Part shown: in pieces, positions 29,677-39,273 of the stretch
Numbering within the stretch: the first letter of the stretch is position 1
Layout: each line of letters begins with the position of its first letter
NCBI GenBank assembly: GCA_963848295.1
Contig: CAWKDB010000010.1
Span: forward strand, 4,544,001-4,608,000
DNA: 64,000 bases
Reading direction: 5' to 3'
Origin: an uncultured delta proteobacterium
Lineage (GTDB): Bacteria > Myxococcota_A > Polyangia > Haliangiales > Haliangiaceae
Program-made: the position numbers and the translations under genes
Notes under the pieces: model-generated
Database searches by the model: none
What the model saw: the letters and a program-made list of their open reading frames with translations, nothing else
Told to the model about the DNA's origin: nothing

Positions 29677-30914
29677 GATCGTCTTTCCAACAACAACTGG
29701 TGATCGCCTAGCGTGCGCTCGGTGAACGCGGCCTCGCTGAACGCGAGGTACAGCAGCCACGTGCGGATGAACGGCTCGTCGAAGCCGAGTGCGCGCACCG
29801 CGGGGAGCTCGGCGACGAAACGATCGCGCCACGCGCGCAGCGTCGGCGCGTAGTCCGGGCCGATGTCATCGCTGCGGGTCAGTGTGAACGGCGCGGCGGC
29901 GGCGCGGATCGCGGCGAGCGACGGGATGCACGCGCCCGGGAAGATGTACGTCTGCATCCAATCGACGTTCTTGCGATACGTCTCGAACCGATCATCGGGC
30001 ATCGTGATCGTTTGCAGCGCGAGCCGGCCGCCCTCCGCGCGAGGGCCGAGGGCGCGCGCGCACACCGCGAAGAACTCGGGCAGGAAATCGAACCCCACCG
30101 CTTCGAGCATCTCGATCGACACGATCTTGTCGAACGTGCCGGTCAGGTCGCGGTAGTCGCGATACTCGACCGCGATGCGATCGCCGAGCCCGGCTGCGGC
30201 CACCCGCGCTGCCGCGAGCTCGCGTTGCTCGCGCGACACCGTGATCGCCGTGACCCGACAACCGCGCGTCCGCGCCGCGTGGATCGCCATGCCACCCCAG
30301 CCGCAGCCGAGCTCGAGCAGGTGATCGCGCGGGGACAGCGCGAGCAGATCGCACAGCCGATCGAGCTTGCGGCGCTGGGCATCCGCGAGCGAATCGCCGT
30401 CCCGATAGATCGCGCACGAATACGCGAAGGTCTCGGGATCGAGGAACAGTCGATAGAACGCATTTCCCAGGTCGTAGTGAGCATGGACGTTGCGCTCGCT
30501 GCCGGTCCGGCTATTAGCAGCGTGACGATACCGGACAAGCGCCGGCCACCGCGCGAGCCGGGTGAGCGGCGACTCGACCCCGCGCGCAGCGGTGGCGCGC
30601 AAGAACGCGCGGACCACGCCGACCACATCGTCGCTCGACCACTCGCCGGCGACGAACGATTCGCCGGCGCCCATCTCGCCGCGCAGCAGCAGGCGCAGGA
30701 ACAGCCGGTCGTCGTGAATGCGGGCGCGGGCGTCCGGCGCCCCTTGTCCGCCGAGCCGCACCGTCTGGCCGGACGGCAACGCGAGATCGAGCCGCCCACC
30801 TGCCCAGGACGATCGCAACTGGCGCAGCGCGAGCCAGCGCAGCGCATCCGCCGCGGGCGGCACGAGCGGTGGCAGCGGCAAGATCAGCGGGTGTGCAACG
30901 TCGGCGACCGACAA
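29673..30914 (-). CDS. Cfa/UfaM-type SAM-dependent fatty-acyl phospholipid methyltransferase
   Basis: HYDLGN, LELGCGWGG, SIEMLEAVG and YIFPG motifs. Confidence 0.92.
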   Translation of the reverse strand: MSVADVAHPLILPLPPLVPPAADALRWLALRQLRSSWAGGRLDLALPSGQTVRLGGQGAPDARARIHDDRLFLRLLLRGEMGAGESFVAGEWSSDDVVGVVRAFLRATAARGVESPLTRLARWPALVRYRHAANSRTGSERNVHAHYDLGNAFYRLFLDPETFAYSCAIYRDGDSLADAQRRKLDRLCDLLALSPRDHLLELGCGWGGMAIHAARTRGCRVTAITVSREQRELAAARVAAAGLGDRIAVEYRDYRDLTGTFDKIVSIEMLEAVGFDFLPEFFAVCARALGPRAEGGRLALQTITMPDDRFETYRKNVDWMQTYIFPGACIPSLAAIRAAAAPFTLTRSDDIGPDYAPTLRAWRDRFVAELPAVRALGFDEPFIRTWLLYLAFSEAAFTERTLGDHQLLLERRS

Positions 30915-31049
30915 CGGCCCAACGTAACTTACAACCGATCTCAAACATAGATCCGCGGCATACAGGCACGGCGGGATCGAGACCGCGACGCCGTCACCCG
31001 CACTCGGCCACACGTCTAGAACGATCGCCGATCGAGCCAGGCTCGGGAT

Positions 31050-31844
31050 CTACTGGCGCTTCGGTTGTGCGAGCAACGGCCGATGATCGATACCCGGCCG
31101 GCGATAGGGGACGCCGAGCCAGCGCAGCTTGATCGCCTGCCAGTGGATGAGACCGATCACTCGCGCCGTCATGAACGGATATCGCACCGCCGCGGCGACG
31201 AGCGTGCGGTCGGTGAGCGCCCCGCGCGCGCCGGAGAGCCGGGCGGTGAAGCTGCGACCGGCCTCTTGCTCGACGCGCATGTCGATCGCCAACCGCTCGC
31301 CGTCGAGCGGTGCGTCGAACGAGAACTCGTAGCTCGCGTCGCCATGCAGGAACGGCGAGACGAACAGCTCGCGGACATGGCGAAACGTCGCGACCGGGCC
31401 GCGCTCCGCGCGGTCGACGCGTTGCTGCGGTCCGAGCACGTAGCGGAACCGGCCGCCGTAGGTGTTGTTGACCTCGGCGATCACGGTCTCGAGCGCGCCG
31501 GCGCTGTCGTAGTTGAGAAAGAAGCTCACCGGGTTGAACACGTATCCGAACGTCCGCAGATTTGTGACCAGCCGCGTCGTGTGCGGCGCGGGTAAGCCGT
31601 TCGCAGCGCAGATCGCGCGCAGCGAGGCCCGCAGATCGTCGGTCGTGCCGTCGCCGTAGTCGCGTTCGCGAAAGCCGAATGGCGTGCGGCCGGCGCGCGA
31701 GAACAGTCGGAGCGCGCGATCGAGCTCGGGCAATTCGTCGAGATCGAGCGCGGCGACATAGACGTTGTAGCGAAACGCGCGGCGGGCGAGCTCGTCGTGG
31801 CGCGCATGCATCACCTCGCCGCGATAGAGCGCGGAGTGCGTCAT
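31050..31844 (-). CDS. DUF1365 family protein (UfaO-like)
   Basis: HAR...FRY, FNPVSF, EVNNT, VSPF and IHWQA.KL motifs. Confidence 0.9.
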   Translation of the reverse strand: MTHSALYRGEVMHARHDELARRAFRYNVYVAALDLDELPELDRALRLFSRAGRTPFGFRERDYGDGTTDDLRASLRAICAANGLPAPHTTRLVTNLRTFGYVFNPVSFFLNYDSAGALETVIAEVNNTYGGRFRYVLGPQQRVDRAERGPVATFRHVRELFVSPFLHGDASYEFSFDAPLDGERLAIDMRVEQEAGRSFTARLSGARGALTDRTLVAAAVRYPFMTARVIGLIHWQAIKLRWLGVPYRRPGIDHRPLLAQPKRQ

Positions 31845-33073
31845 GCCCGCTCGTCCGCGATCGCGCGAGTCGCGGCGGCGATCCCGCTGCGGATGCCGTC
31901 CTCGTGAAAGCCGAAGCCGAGATGGGCCCCGGCGTAGTACGTGCGCGCCCCGCGCCCCGCGTTCGGCAACAGCGACTGTGCGGCGAGCGCGCCGCCATCG
32001 AATTGCGGGTGATCGAACGTCGTCTCGTGGATCGGACCCGCGATCGAACCGCGCGGATTGAGCGTCACGAGGTACGGCGCGTCGGGCAAGCCCTGGAGTC
32101 GGGTCATCGAATAGGTGACGGCAACCTGCGCGGTGTCGGGATCGGCGACGTAGTTCCATGCCGCATGAGCGGCGGGGCGGCGCGGTAACAGCCTGCGATC
32201 GCGATGCAACACCGTGCGGTTGCGGCTGTACCGAAAGGCGGCGAGCGCGTGGTGCTCGCGTTCGGTCGGTGCCGCGAGCAGCATCAGGGCGGTGTCCGCG
32301 TGGGTCGCGATCACGACCCGATCGTAACGATACTCACGACCGAGTGCGACGACCGTAACGCCGCGTGCATCGCGCGCGATCGACGTCACCGGCGTGGCGG
32401 CGTGAAGCGCGAACCGGCCGGTCGCGCGCAGGCCAGCGAGCAAGGCGGTCACGTATGTCCGACTGCCGCCGACGATCGTGTGCCAGGCGAGTGGGCGCAA
32501 CGGCCGCAACATCCCGTGCTGATCGAGGAACGCGAGGTACGTCGCGGCAGGAAAACCGGCGACGCGTTCCGGTGCCAGCGACCACAGCGCAGCCGCGAGC
32601 GGCACGATGAACCGGTCGCGCACGTCGACCGGGACGCGAACGCGCGCGAGGTAGTCGCCGAGCTCGCCGGTCGCGCCGCCGGTCGCGAGATCCTTGCGCG
32701 CCCGCTTGAGAAACCGCACGATCTCGACGAGAAATCGCCAGTGCCGCGGATCGAGCAGCAGGCGGCGGTCGGCGAACGCCGCCGACAGACTCTCGCTGCC
32801 CCATTCGAAGTCCTCGCCCGGCAGCGCGACTGAAAACGACATCGTCGTCGGTCGAGTCGCGACCCCGAGCTCGCCGAGCAGCGCGAAGAATCGCGGATAA
32901 CGCTCGCGGTTGCAGACGATGAACCCCATGTCGATCGCGTGCCCATCCGCATCGACTGTGTACACGTGCCCGCCGGCGCGGTCCGCTGCGTCGAACATCG
33001 CGACCTCGTGCCCGCGCAGCGCATGAGCCGCGCCGAGCCCGCCCGCGCCGGCGCCGATGATCGCGACTCGCAC
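31841..33073 (-). CDS. FAD-dependent oxidoreductase (UfaD/COG2907-like)
   Basis: IIGAGAGGL, DMGFIV.N and GFHEDG motifs; coupled to DUF1365. Confidence 0.9.
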   Translation of the reverse strand: MRVAIIGAGAGGLGAAHALRGHEVAMFDAADRAGGHVYTVDADGHAIDMGFIVCNRERYPRFFALLGELGVATRPTTMSFSVALPGEDFEWGSESLSAAFADRRLLLDPRHWRFLVEIVRFLKRARKDLATGGATGELGDYLARVRVPVDVRDRFIVPLAAALWSLAPERVAGFPAATYLAFLDQHGMLRPLRPLAWHTIVGGSRTYVTALLAGLRATGRFALHAATPVTSIARDARGVTVVALGREYRYDRVVIATHADTALMLLAAPTEREHHALAAFRYSRNRTVLHRDRRLLPRRPAAHAAWNYVADPDTAQVAVTYSMTRLQGLPDAPYLVTLNPRGSIAGPIHETTFDHPQFDGGALAAQSLLPNAGRGARTYYAGAHLGFGFHEDGIRSGIAAATRAIADERA

Positions 33074-33123
33074 CGCTGACGGTGTAGCGTCTGACCACCA
33101 GCGCCTGCAAGCGCCCGAACGCC

Positions 33124-33230
33124 GGGGACGGAGGGACCTTTGTCAACCACCTCGGACCGGGCGAACGTGTTGATCTCGCGACGTTACGTTGGGACGGAGG
33201 AATCTTTGTCAACCGCCTCGGATCGGGTGA
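33124..33230 (+). repeat. Direct pair of GGGACG-N8-TTTGTCAAC repeats (period 66)
   Basis: gggacggagggacctttgtcaaccacctcggaccgggcga (33125) and gggacggaggaatctttgtcaaccgcctcggatcgggtga (33191). Confidence 0.9.
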
Positions 33231-33241
33231 GGCTCTCGCGG

Positions 33242-33883
33242 TTGACGACGCGCGCCCTCGATCTCGCCGGCCATCCCGGCCTGCTACTCCGGCCGCGGGG
33301 AGCGCGCGCTCTCTATCTGTTCGCGCATGGCGCCGGCGCCGGCATGCGTCATCCGTTCATGGCAGGTCTGGCCGAGGCGCTCGGCGAGCGCGGGATCGCG
33401 ACGCTGCGCTGGGAGCTACCCTATATGGCGCGCGGAGCAAAACGCGTCGATTCGCCGGCGATCAGCGAAGCCGCGGTGCGCGAAGCATGGACCGCGGCGC
33501 CGAAGCAGCTGCCGGCGTTCGCTGGTGGCAAGTCGTTCGGCGGCCGGATGACATCGCGCACACACGCGGCGACACCGCTGGTTGGATTGCGCGGCCTCAT
33601 CTTCGTCGGCTTTCCGCTCCATCCCGACGGCAAACCCGCGATCGAACGCGCCGAGCATCTCGCGCACGCGGCCGGCCCGATGCTATTCGTCCAGGGTAGC
33701 CGCGATGCGCTCGCCGAGCCGCGCCTGTTGCGCCCGATCGTCGCCTCGCTCGGCACCCGCGCGACGCTGCACGAGCTCGCCGGCGCCGATCACGGCTTCA
33801 CACGCGTGACGCTCGCCGAGATCGCCGATCCGATCGCTAGCTGGATCGATCACGTCTTGACAGCCGATCGACCGCGGCGATGA
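33242..33883 (+). CDS. Alpha/beta hydrolase (COG3571-like)
   Basis: AHGAGAGM, GGKSFGGRM, QGSRD and GADH motifs; start position uncertain. Confidence 0.85.
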   Translation: MTTRALDLAGHPGLLLRPRGARALYLFAHGAGAGMRHPFMAGLAEALGERGIATLRWELPYMARGAKRVDSPAISEAAVREAWTAAPKQLPAFAGGKSFGGRMTSRTHAATPLVGLRGLIFVGFPLHPDGKPAIERAEHLAHAAGPMLFVQGSRDALAEPRLLRPIVASLGTRATLHELAGADHGFTRVTLAEIADPIASWIDHVLTADRPRR

Positions 33884-33890
33884 TGGCGGC

Positions 33891-34712
33891 GTGTGGACGA
33901 ACTACTCGGCGAGACACGCGGCGCAGCTGATCGGGCTGCCCGAGTCGGTCGTTCGTAGTTGCATCCGCGACGGCTTGGTCGGTGCGCCCGGCGCGGTGCC
34001 AGCGCAGTTGTCGTTTCGCGATCTGTCGGCGCTGCGCACGGTCAAGACGCTGATCGATGCGGGGCTGCCGCTCGTTCGCGTTCGCCGCGAGCTCGTGCGG
34101 ATCCAGCGGAGCCTCCCCGCCGGCACGTCGATCGTCGAGCTCACGGTCGAGGCGCGCGACGGTCGCGTGCACGTCCGCAGCCGTGACCCCGCTAGTGCTG
34201 GTCAGCTCGCGTTGCCTCTCGAGCTCGCGATCGAACCACCGGCCGGCGAGCTTCGCGAGCTGCCGCGCGCGCCCGACGCGCCGGTGCCGGTTGCGGTACC
34301 GCCGGCGACCGCCGATCAGTGGTTGCTGCGTGGCCAACAGCTCGAGGAACGCGATCCGGTCGCCGCGATCGATGCGTATCGTCGCTCGCTACGCCTGCGC
34401 CCGGAGTGCACCGAAGCGTGGATCAACCTCGGCCGCCTGTTCGCGGAGAGCAACGACGCCGACGCCGCGCGCGAGTGCTTCGGCCACGCGCTCGAGCTCG
34501 ATCCGGCCGACGCGACCGCGTACTACAACCTCGGCGTCATCGCCCAGGACGCGGGCAAAGAGACCGACGCGATCGCGATGTACACGCGGGCGCTCGAGCT
34601 CGACCCGCAGCTCGCCGAGGCGCATTACAACCTGGCGACGCTGTTCGATCAATCGGGCGATTCACGCTCCGCGATTCGCCACATCAACGAGTATCGCAAG
34701 CTCACTCGGTGA
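33891..34712 (+). CDS. MerR-like HTH plus TPR protein
   Basis: YSARHAAQLIGL...SFRDL N-terminus; canonical TPRs (AWINLG, AYYNLG, AHYNLA). Confidence 0.85.
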   Translation: MWTNYSARHAAQLIGLPESVVRSCIRDGLVGAPGAVPAQLSFRDLSALRTVKTLIDAGLPLVRVRRELVRIQRSLPAGTSIVELTVEARDGRVHVRSRDPASAGQLALPLELAIEPPAGELRELPRAPDAPVPVAVPPATADQWLLRGQQLEERDPVAAIDAYRRSLRLRPECTEAWINLGRLFAESNDADAARECFGHALELDPADATAYYNLGVIAQDAGKETDAIAMYTRALELDPQLAEAHYNLATLFDQSGDSRSAIRHINEYRKLTR

Positions 34713-35460
34713 GCGTTAGCACCGGGCCGGGCGTGCAGGTAGTCGCGCCGATCGCATCGATCTCGTTCCAGCCGGGGACCTGGCCCGACGCTAGCGTGAT
34801 CCGCGCCGCGATGATCGGCTCGCCGCAGTCGAGGGCGAGCGAGAGCCGGTGCGATGCCGTCGACGGCTTGCCGTCGATCATCGCCTCGGGCGGCGCCGTG
34901 TGGACGATGTGCTGCCCCGAGGCGGTGATCAGCTCGATCTCGCGGACCGCACCCGGGTTGTACGTCTCGTAGATCGCGAGCTCGCTGATCGGGTACGGGT
35001 GCGCGAATCCGACCTCGATGAACTCGTCGCCGCCGTCGGCGGCGAGCGACGCCCACGCCTTCGCGTTGTCGCCGGCGGAAGGAAACACATCGGGTGGACC
35101 GAGCACCTGTTGTGCCGACCAGCTCGTGTTGGTGTATTGCGACGACACGGCGCGCACCGTGCTCGCCCACTCGGTCTCGGGCATCGGCGGCGGCACGACC
35201 GGCGGGGCGGCCAGGCCGACCAGCTGGAGATACTGCTCGTGCGTGATCCGCTCGTGGACGAGGTCACTGCACGCCACCGCGTGCTTTGCGAGCAAGTCTT
35301 GCGCCGACGGCGACAGCGCGCCGCTGTTGCCAGGCAACGCGCACGAATCGCGCGTGGCGGGCGCGACGAGCACCCACGCGGTGACCGCGGCGAGCGTGGC
35401 ACACGACGAGACGAGCAGCGCCGCGGTGGGCGCGCGAGCGGGCAGGGAGGCGATTCGCAT
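34702..35460 (-). CDS. Membrane-anchored protein with a discoidin/galactose-binding-like domain
   Basis: N-terminal TM; WASTVRAVSSQY...LGPPDVFP...ETYNPGAV...WNEIDAI. Confidence 0.7.
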   Translation of the reverse strand: MRIASLPARAPTAALLVSSCATLAAVTAWVLVAPATRDSCALPGNSGALSPSAQDLLAKHAVACSDLVHERITHEQYLQLVGLAAPPVVPPPMPETEWASTVRAVSSQYTNTSWSAQQVLGPPDVFPSAGDNAKAWASLAADGGDEFIEVGFAHPYPISELAIYETYNPGAVREIELITASGQHIVHTAPPEAMIDGKPSTASHRLSLALDCGEPIIAARITLASGQVPGWNEIDAIGATTCTPGPVLTLTE

Positions 35461-35512
35461 GCGAGTTCAACGCACCGCGGGGGCGAATAGTTTCAGAGCT
35501 TCAGCACCCGAC

Positions 35513-35565
35513 GATCAGAACAGGGAGCCTCGACGGAGGACCTGATGATCAGAAACAGGGAGCAG
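35513..35565 (+). repeat. Short intergenic direct repeat
   Basis: gatcagaacagggagc and gatcagaaacagggagc. Confidence 0.55.
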
Positions 35566-35620
35566 GGACCCGAGGTGAGTCCGGAGTCGGATCGTGTACG
35601 TGCATGTGGCACGTGCATCT

Positions 35621-36841
35621 CTACTTCAGCGAGCGCATCTCGGCGAGCCGCATGGCGAGGAACCGACGCTCGGGCTCGGAGCCGGCAAGCTCGAGCGCCC
35701 GCTCGTATGACGCGGCCGCCTCGGTAGCTCGGTCGAGCCGGCGGAGTAGATCGGCGCGCGCGGCATGCCAGAGGTGATAGTCGCCGAGCGCGCCGGCGAG
35801 CGCATCGACCGCGGCGAGTCCGGGGGCGGGGCCCCGCGCCATCGCGACCGCGACCGCGCGGTTGAGCGCGACGACGGCCGACGGTTTGCGCCGATACAGC
35901 TCTTCGAACAAGCCGGCGATCTGCGGCCAATCCGTGGCGTCGGCGCGCGGGGCCGTGGCGTGCAGCGCAGCGATCGCCGCTTCGATCGGATAAGGTCCCG
36001 TGCCCGTGCGTAGCGAAACCGGCACGAGCTCGAGCGCCTCGTCGATCTGGACGCGGTCCCAGCGAGTGCGATCCTGATCTTCGAGCAGGACGAGGTCGCC
36101 GGCGGCGTTCGTACGCGCGTCGCGACGCGAATCGTGGAGCAGCATCACCGCGAGTAAGCCGATGACGTCGCCGGTCGCACCGAGCTCGACGAGCAGGCGC
36201 CCGAGTCGGATCGCTTCGCGACACAGGTCCTTGCGCAGCCACGCATCGCCAGCGGTCGCCGCGTAGCCTTCGTTGAACACCAAGTAGACGACCGCGAGCA
36301 CTGCATCGGTGCGCGCCGCGAGCTCGGATGCCTCGGGTACTTCGTACGGGATCTTCGCGTCGCGGATCTTGGTCTGCGCGCGCACGAGTCGCTGCGCCAT
36401 CGTCGCGGGTGAGGTCAGAAATGCACGTGCGATCTCGTCGGTAGTCAGCCCGCCGAGCGTGCGCAGGGTCAAGGCGACTTGCGCCTCCGGTGCGATCGCG
36501 GGATGGCAGCACGTGTAGATCAAGCGCAGCCGATCATCCGCCACGGCGGTCGGCTCCTCGGTGATCGTCGGCTCGGCCGGGGGTGTCTCGGCGACGAGCT
36601 CGCGCAACTTGACGCGACGGCGGATCTGATCGACCACCTTGTTGCGTACGACCGCGATCAACCAGCCGCGCGGCTCGGCCGGAATGCCTTCGCGCGGCCA
36701 GCGCGCGAGCGCGGCCTCGAACGCATCTTGCACGGCTTCCTCGGCGAGCTCGAAGTCGCCGTGGCTGACGCGAATCGCGGTCGCGAGCACGCGCGCTCGC
36801 TCGGCGCGAAACACGTCGGTGATCGCGGCGGCGCCTTGCAA
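35621..36841 (-). CDS. ECF sigma factor with C-terminal DUF6596/TPR extension
   Basis: AEEAVQDAF, CCHPAI, VYLVFNEGY and DQDRTRWD motifs. Confidence 0.92.
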   Translation of the reverse strand: MQGAAAITDVFRAERARVLATAIRVSHGDFELAEEAVQDAFEAALARWPREGIPAEPRGWLIAVVRNKVVDQIRRRVKLRELVAETPPAEPTITEEPTAVADDRLRLIYTCCHPAIAPEAQVALTLRTLGGLTTDEIARAFLTSPATMAQRLVRAQTKIRDAKIPYEVPEASELAARTDAVLAVVYLVFNEGYAATAGDAWLRKDLCREAIRLGRLLVELGATGDVIGLLAVMLLHDSRRDARTNAAGDLVLLEDQDRTRWDRVQIDEALELVPVSLRTGTGPYPIEAAIAALHATAPRADATDWPQIAGLFEELYRRKPSAVVALNRAVAVAMARGPAPGLAAVDALAGALGDYHLWHAARADLLRRLDRATEAAASYERALELAGSEPERRFLAMRLAEMRSLK

Positions 36842-36850
36842 GCGATTAGC

Positions 36851-37198
36851 TTACTCCGCGTGAAGCGGGCGAACTTCGATCGAGCCGTGGCGGGCGCCCG
36901 GAATGCGCGCCGCGATCTTTGTCGCTTCATCGAGGCTCGCCGCGTTGACCAGGTAATAGCCGCCGAGCTGCTCGCGTGTCTCGGCGAACGGCCCGTCGGT
37001 CAGCTGCGTCTTGCCCTCGCGGACTCGCACCGTCGTCGCGGTGTCGACATTGCGCAGCCGGTTGCCACCGACATACGCGTTCGTCCTCTTCAGATCCTGC
37101 GTCAGCGCGCGGTACTCGCCCATCATCGTCTCGAGCTCGCCTTTGGGCGTGGCGTCGAACGACTTCTCGTTCGCGTAGATCAGCAGTAGGTATTGCAT
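36851..37198 (-). CDS. YciI/DGPF-family protein
   Basis: TDGPFAETREQLGGYY motif; usual partner of this ECF group. Confidence 0.93.
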   Translation of the reverse strand: MQYLLLIYANEKSFDATPKGELETMMGEYRALTQDLKRTNAYVGGNRLRNVDTATTVRVREGKTQLTDGPFAETREQLGGYYLVNAASLDEATKIAARIPGARHGSIEVRPLHAE

Positions 37199-37251
37199 CG
37201 CGGTTCTCCTTTTCGCCCATCAGTCGAACGAGAGCCATCGAGATCGACATC

Positions 37252-37343
37252 GGGGACGGTGTTCACTTTGTCAACCGGGAGTAATTGCAAACCGCAGTCA
37301 TCCCAACAGCTTGAGTGGGGACGGTGTTCACTTTGTCAACCGG
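37252..37343 (+). repeat. Direct pair of 27-bp GGGACG-N8-TTTGTCAAC repeats (period 65)
   Basis: ggggacggtgttcactttgtcaaccgg, identical at 37252-37278 and 37317-37343. Confidence 0.95.
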
Positions 37344-37377
37344 CGGTGTGGGAGGGGCGTGTTAGCGATCGCGCGGG

Positions 37378-39273
37378 ATGAAAGCCTTGGGCATCGCGAT
37401 CGCGCTGATGATCGGCGCTGCGCACGCGGCTGCGGCCCCACCTCACACGCTCGCGATCAGGCTCGGTTCAAACGACGTTGGCGACTGGCGCGGCGAGGCG
37501 CTGACCGAGACGCTCGGCAGCGATCTCGCGGACGATAAGATCAGCGTCGCGCCGACCGGCGCGGACCTCACGCTGGACGGCTCGTTGACCGCGAGCTCGC
37601 TGCACTACGAAATCCGCGCGTCGTGGCCGGACGCACCGCCGCCGGTCGAAGGTACGATCGCATTTGGCCCCACGACCGATCGCGCGAAGCTCGCGGGCAT
37701 CCTGCGCGATCAGCTGCACCGCCTCGTGCGAACGGCGAACGAGCGCGAGATCGACACGGCGATCGCGCCGCCTGGAGTCGGAGGTGTCGCTCTCTGCGCG
37801 CTGTTAGCGTGCGGGCTACTCGCGTTGCCGTTCGCGATAGGCGCGCGGCGATTGCGCGATGGTCGCCGTCGCGTGTTGGCGCTCCCCGCGCTGCGACGCT
37901 CGGTGATCGGCGGCCTCGTCCTGTGCGGCGCGGCGATCGCGATCGCGAGCCGCGGCGGGCTGGTCGCTGCGGCGGGTGGCGCCGCGTGGGGCGGCTTCGC
38001 CGCCGTGCTCGTTCCGTTCGCGTTCCCTCCGATCGTCGGGCTCGGCCGGGTCGATCACGACGAACTCGCCCGCATCCTCGGCGCCTGGTTCGTGCTCGCC
38101 GCGCGGCGGCTCGCGCTCGCGATCGTGCTCTACGCGCCGATCGGCGTGATCGCTTACTTCGCACTCGGCGACGACGCGCTCGCCGTCGGAGTCCCGGTCG
38201 CCTTGCTCGTCGTTCGCGCGGCCGCGCGCAATGCGCTCGCGGTCGCGACGCTCGCCCTCGACGATCGTCTGATCGATGCCGACGCCGATGGTCGCGGCTG
38301 GCCCGCCGCCGTGCGCGGCTACCTCGTTGGCTACTTGCACCGCAACGGCTTGCCGGTCGACGAGCCGCTGCTCGCGCGCGTCGAGCTTCACGCAGGCGGC
38401 GATGACCTCGCGGTCTACGGCGGCGGCGCCACCGCGTCGCGCATCGTGATCCCGACGAAGCTCCTCGAGCTCGCACTCGCTCCCGCGGGTCGCCCTCACG
38501 ACTACGCCGCACCGCGGGTCTCGACGTTGCACTGGTCGCAATGGAACGCCGGCCTCGTGATGGCAACTGCCGCCGACGCCGTGCTCGCGACCGCCGAGCA
38601 ACGCCAGCCGCGCGAGCTCACCGACTACGGCGAAGCCGAGCGCGAGTTGTTCGGCGAGCCACCGACGACGGCCGGTGTGATCGAGCCGGTCGCACTCGAC
38701 CCGCGCACGAGCTATCGCCCGCACGACGATCCGATGTGGCTCGATTGGGAATCCGGCGACGGCTACGACGGCACCGACCCCGGCGATCGCGACTTCCTGT
38801 TCGGCGCGCTCGTCGCCGCGCTCGCCACGATCCAACGCGGCGGCGATCGCGAAGCCACGGTGCGCCTGCTCGCCCGCAAGCGTGCGCGCAAACCGCTCGC
38901 GATCGACGATCTCCACGCCGCGCTCGGCGGAGCGCGGCACCATCTCGTCCAGTACCTCGGCTGGCGCGCATCGCATCGCGACGACATGCTCACCGCGCGC
39001 GCGTACGCGCCGGAGCTCGAGGCCGCATCGCGCGAGATGATCGCGGCGACGACCGAGCCCGCGCTGCGGCAACGCTTGGCGCGGCTCGCGAAGCTCGCGC
39101 GTCCGGTCGCCGACGTCGCGCCGGTGCGTACACCACGCTGGCAGCGCTTCGTGTTCGCTGGTGCGGCGGTCGCGCTCGCGGGTGGTGCGGTGTTCGCGAT
39201 CGTCGACGCGGTTCGCTATCGCAGCGTGTACGCGCAACGGATGGAAGGTAACGATCATGGCCAAACAAAGTAG
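37378..39273 (+). CDS. Multi-pass membrane protein, hypothetical
   Basis: Signal peptide, soluble domain, several TM segments, acidic domain and a C-terminal TM. Confidence 0.75.
   Translation: MKALGIAIALMIGAAHAAAAPPHTLAIRLGSNDVGDWRGEALTETLGSDLADDKISVAPTGADLTLDGSLTASSLHYEIRASWPDAPPPVEGTIAFGPTTDRAKLAGILRDQLHRLVRTANEREIDTAIAPPGVGGVALCALLACGLLALPFAIGARRLRDGRRRVLALPALRRSVIGGLVLCGAAIAIASRGGLVAAAGGAAWGGFAAVLVPFAFPPIVGLGRVDHDELARILGAWFVLAARRLALAIVLYAPIGVIAYFALGDDALAVGVPVALLVVRAAARNALAVATLALDDRLIDADADGRGWPAAVRGYLVGYLHRNGLPVDEPLLARVELHAGGDDLAVYGGGATASRIVIPTKLLELALAPAGRPHDYAAPRVSTLHWSQWNAGLVMATAADAVLATAEQRQPRELTDYGEAERELFGEPPTTAGVIEPVALDPRTSYRPHDDPMWLDWESGDGYDGTDPGDRDFLFGALVAALATIQRGGDREATVRLLARKRARKPLAIDDLHAALGGARHHLVQYLGWRASHRDDMLTARAYAPELEAASREMIAATTEPALRQRLARLAKLARPVADVAPVRTPRWQRFVFAGAAVALAGGAVFAIVDAVRYRSVYAQRMEGNDHGQTK

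Noticed and set aside
7101..31004. 12-bp match gtcacccgcact at 7101 and 30993
   Set aside because: Expected by chance in 64 kb of high-GC sequence; the match does not extend.
33140..33241. N-terminal ORF extensions through repeat regions (also 48583-48660 and 48486-48707)
   Set aside because: They translate the intergenic repeats or the Fur box; family similarity begins downstream.
24324..37343. Direct repeat pairs as CRISPR arrays
   Set aside because: Only two repeats per locus, the core differs between loci, the same motif also occurs inverted, and no cas genes are in the window.
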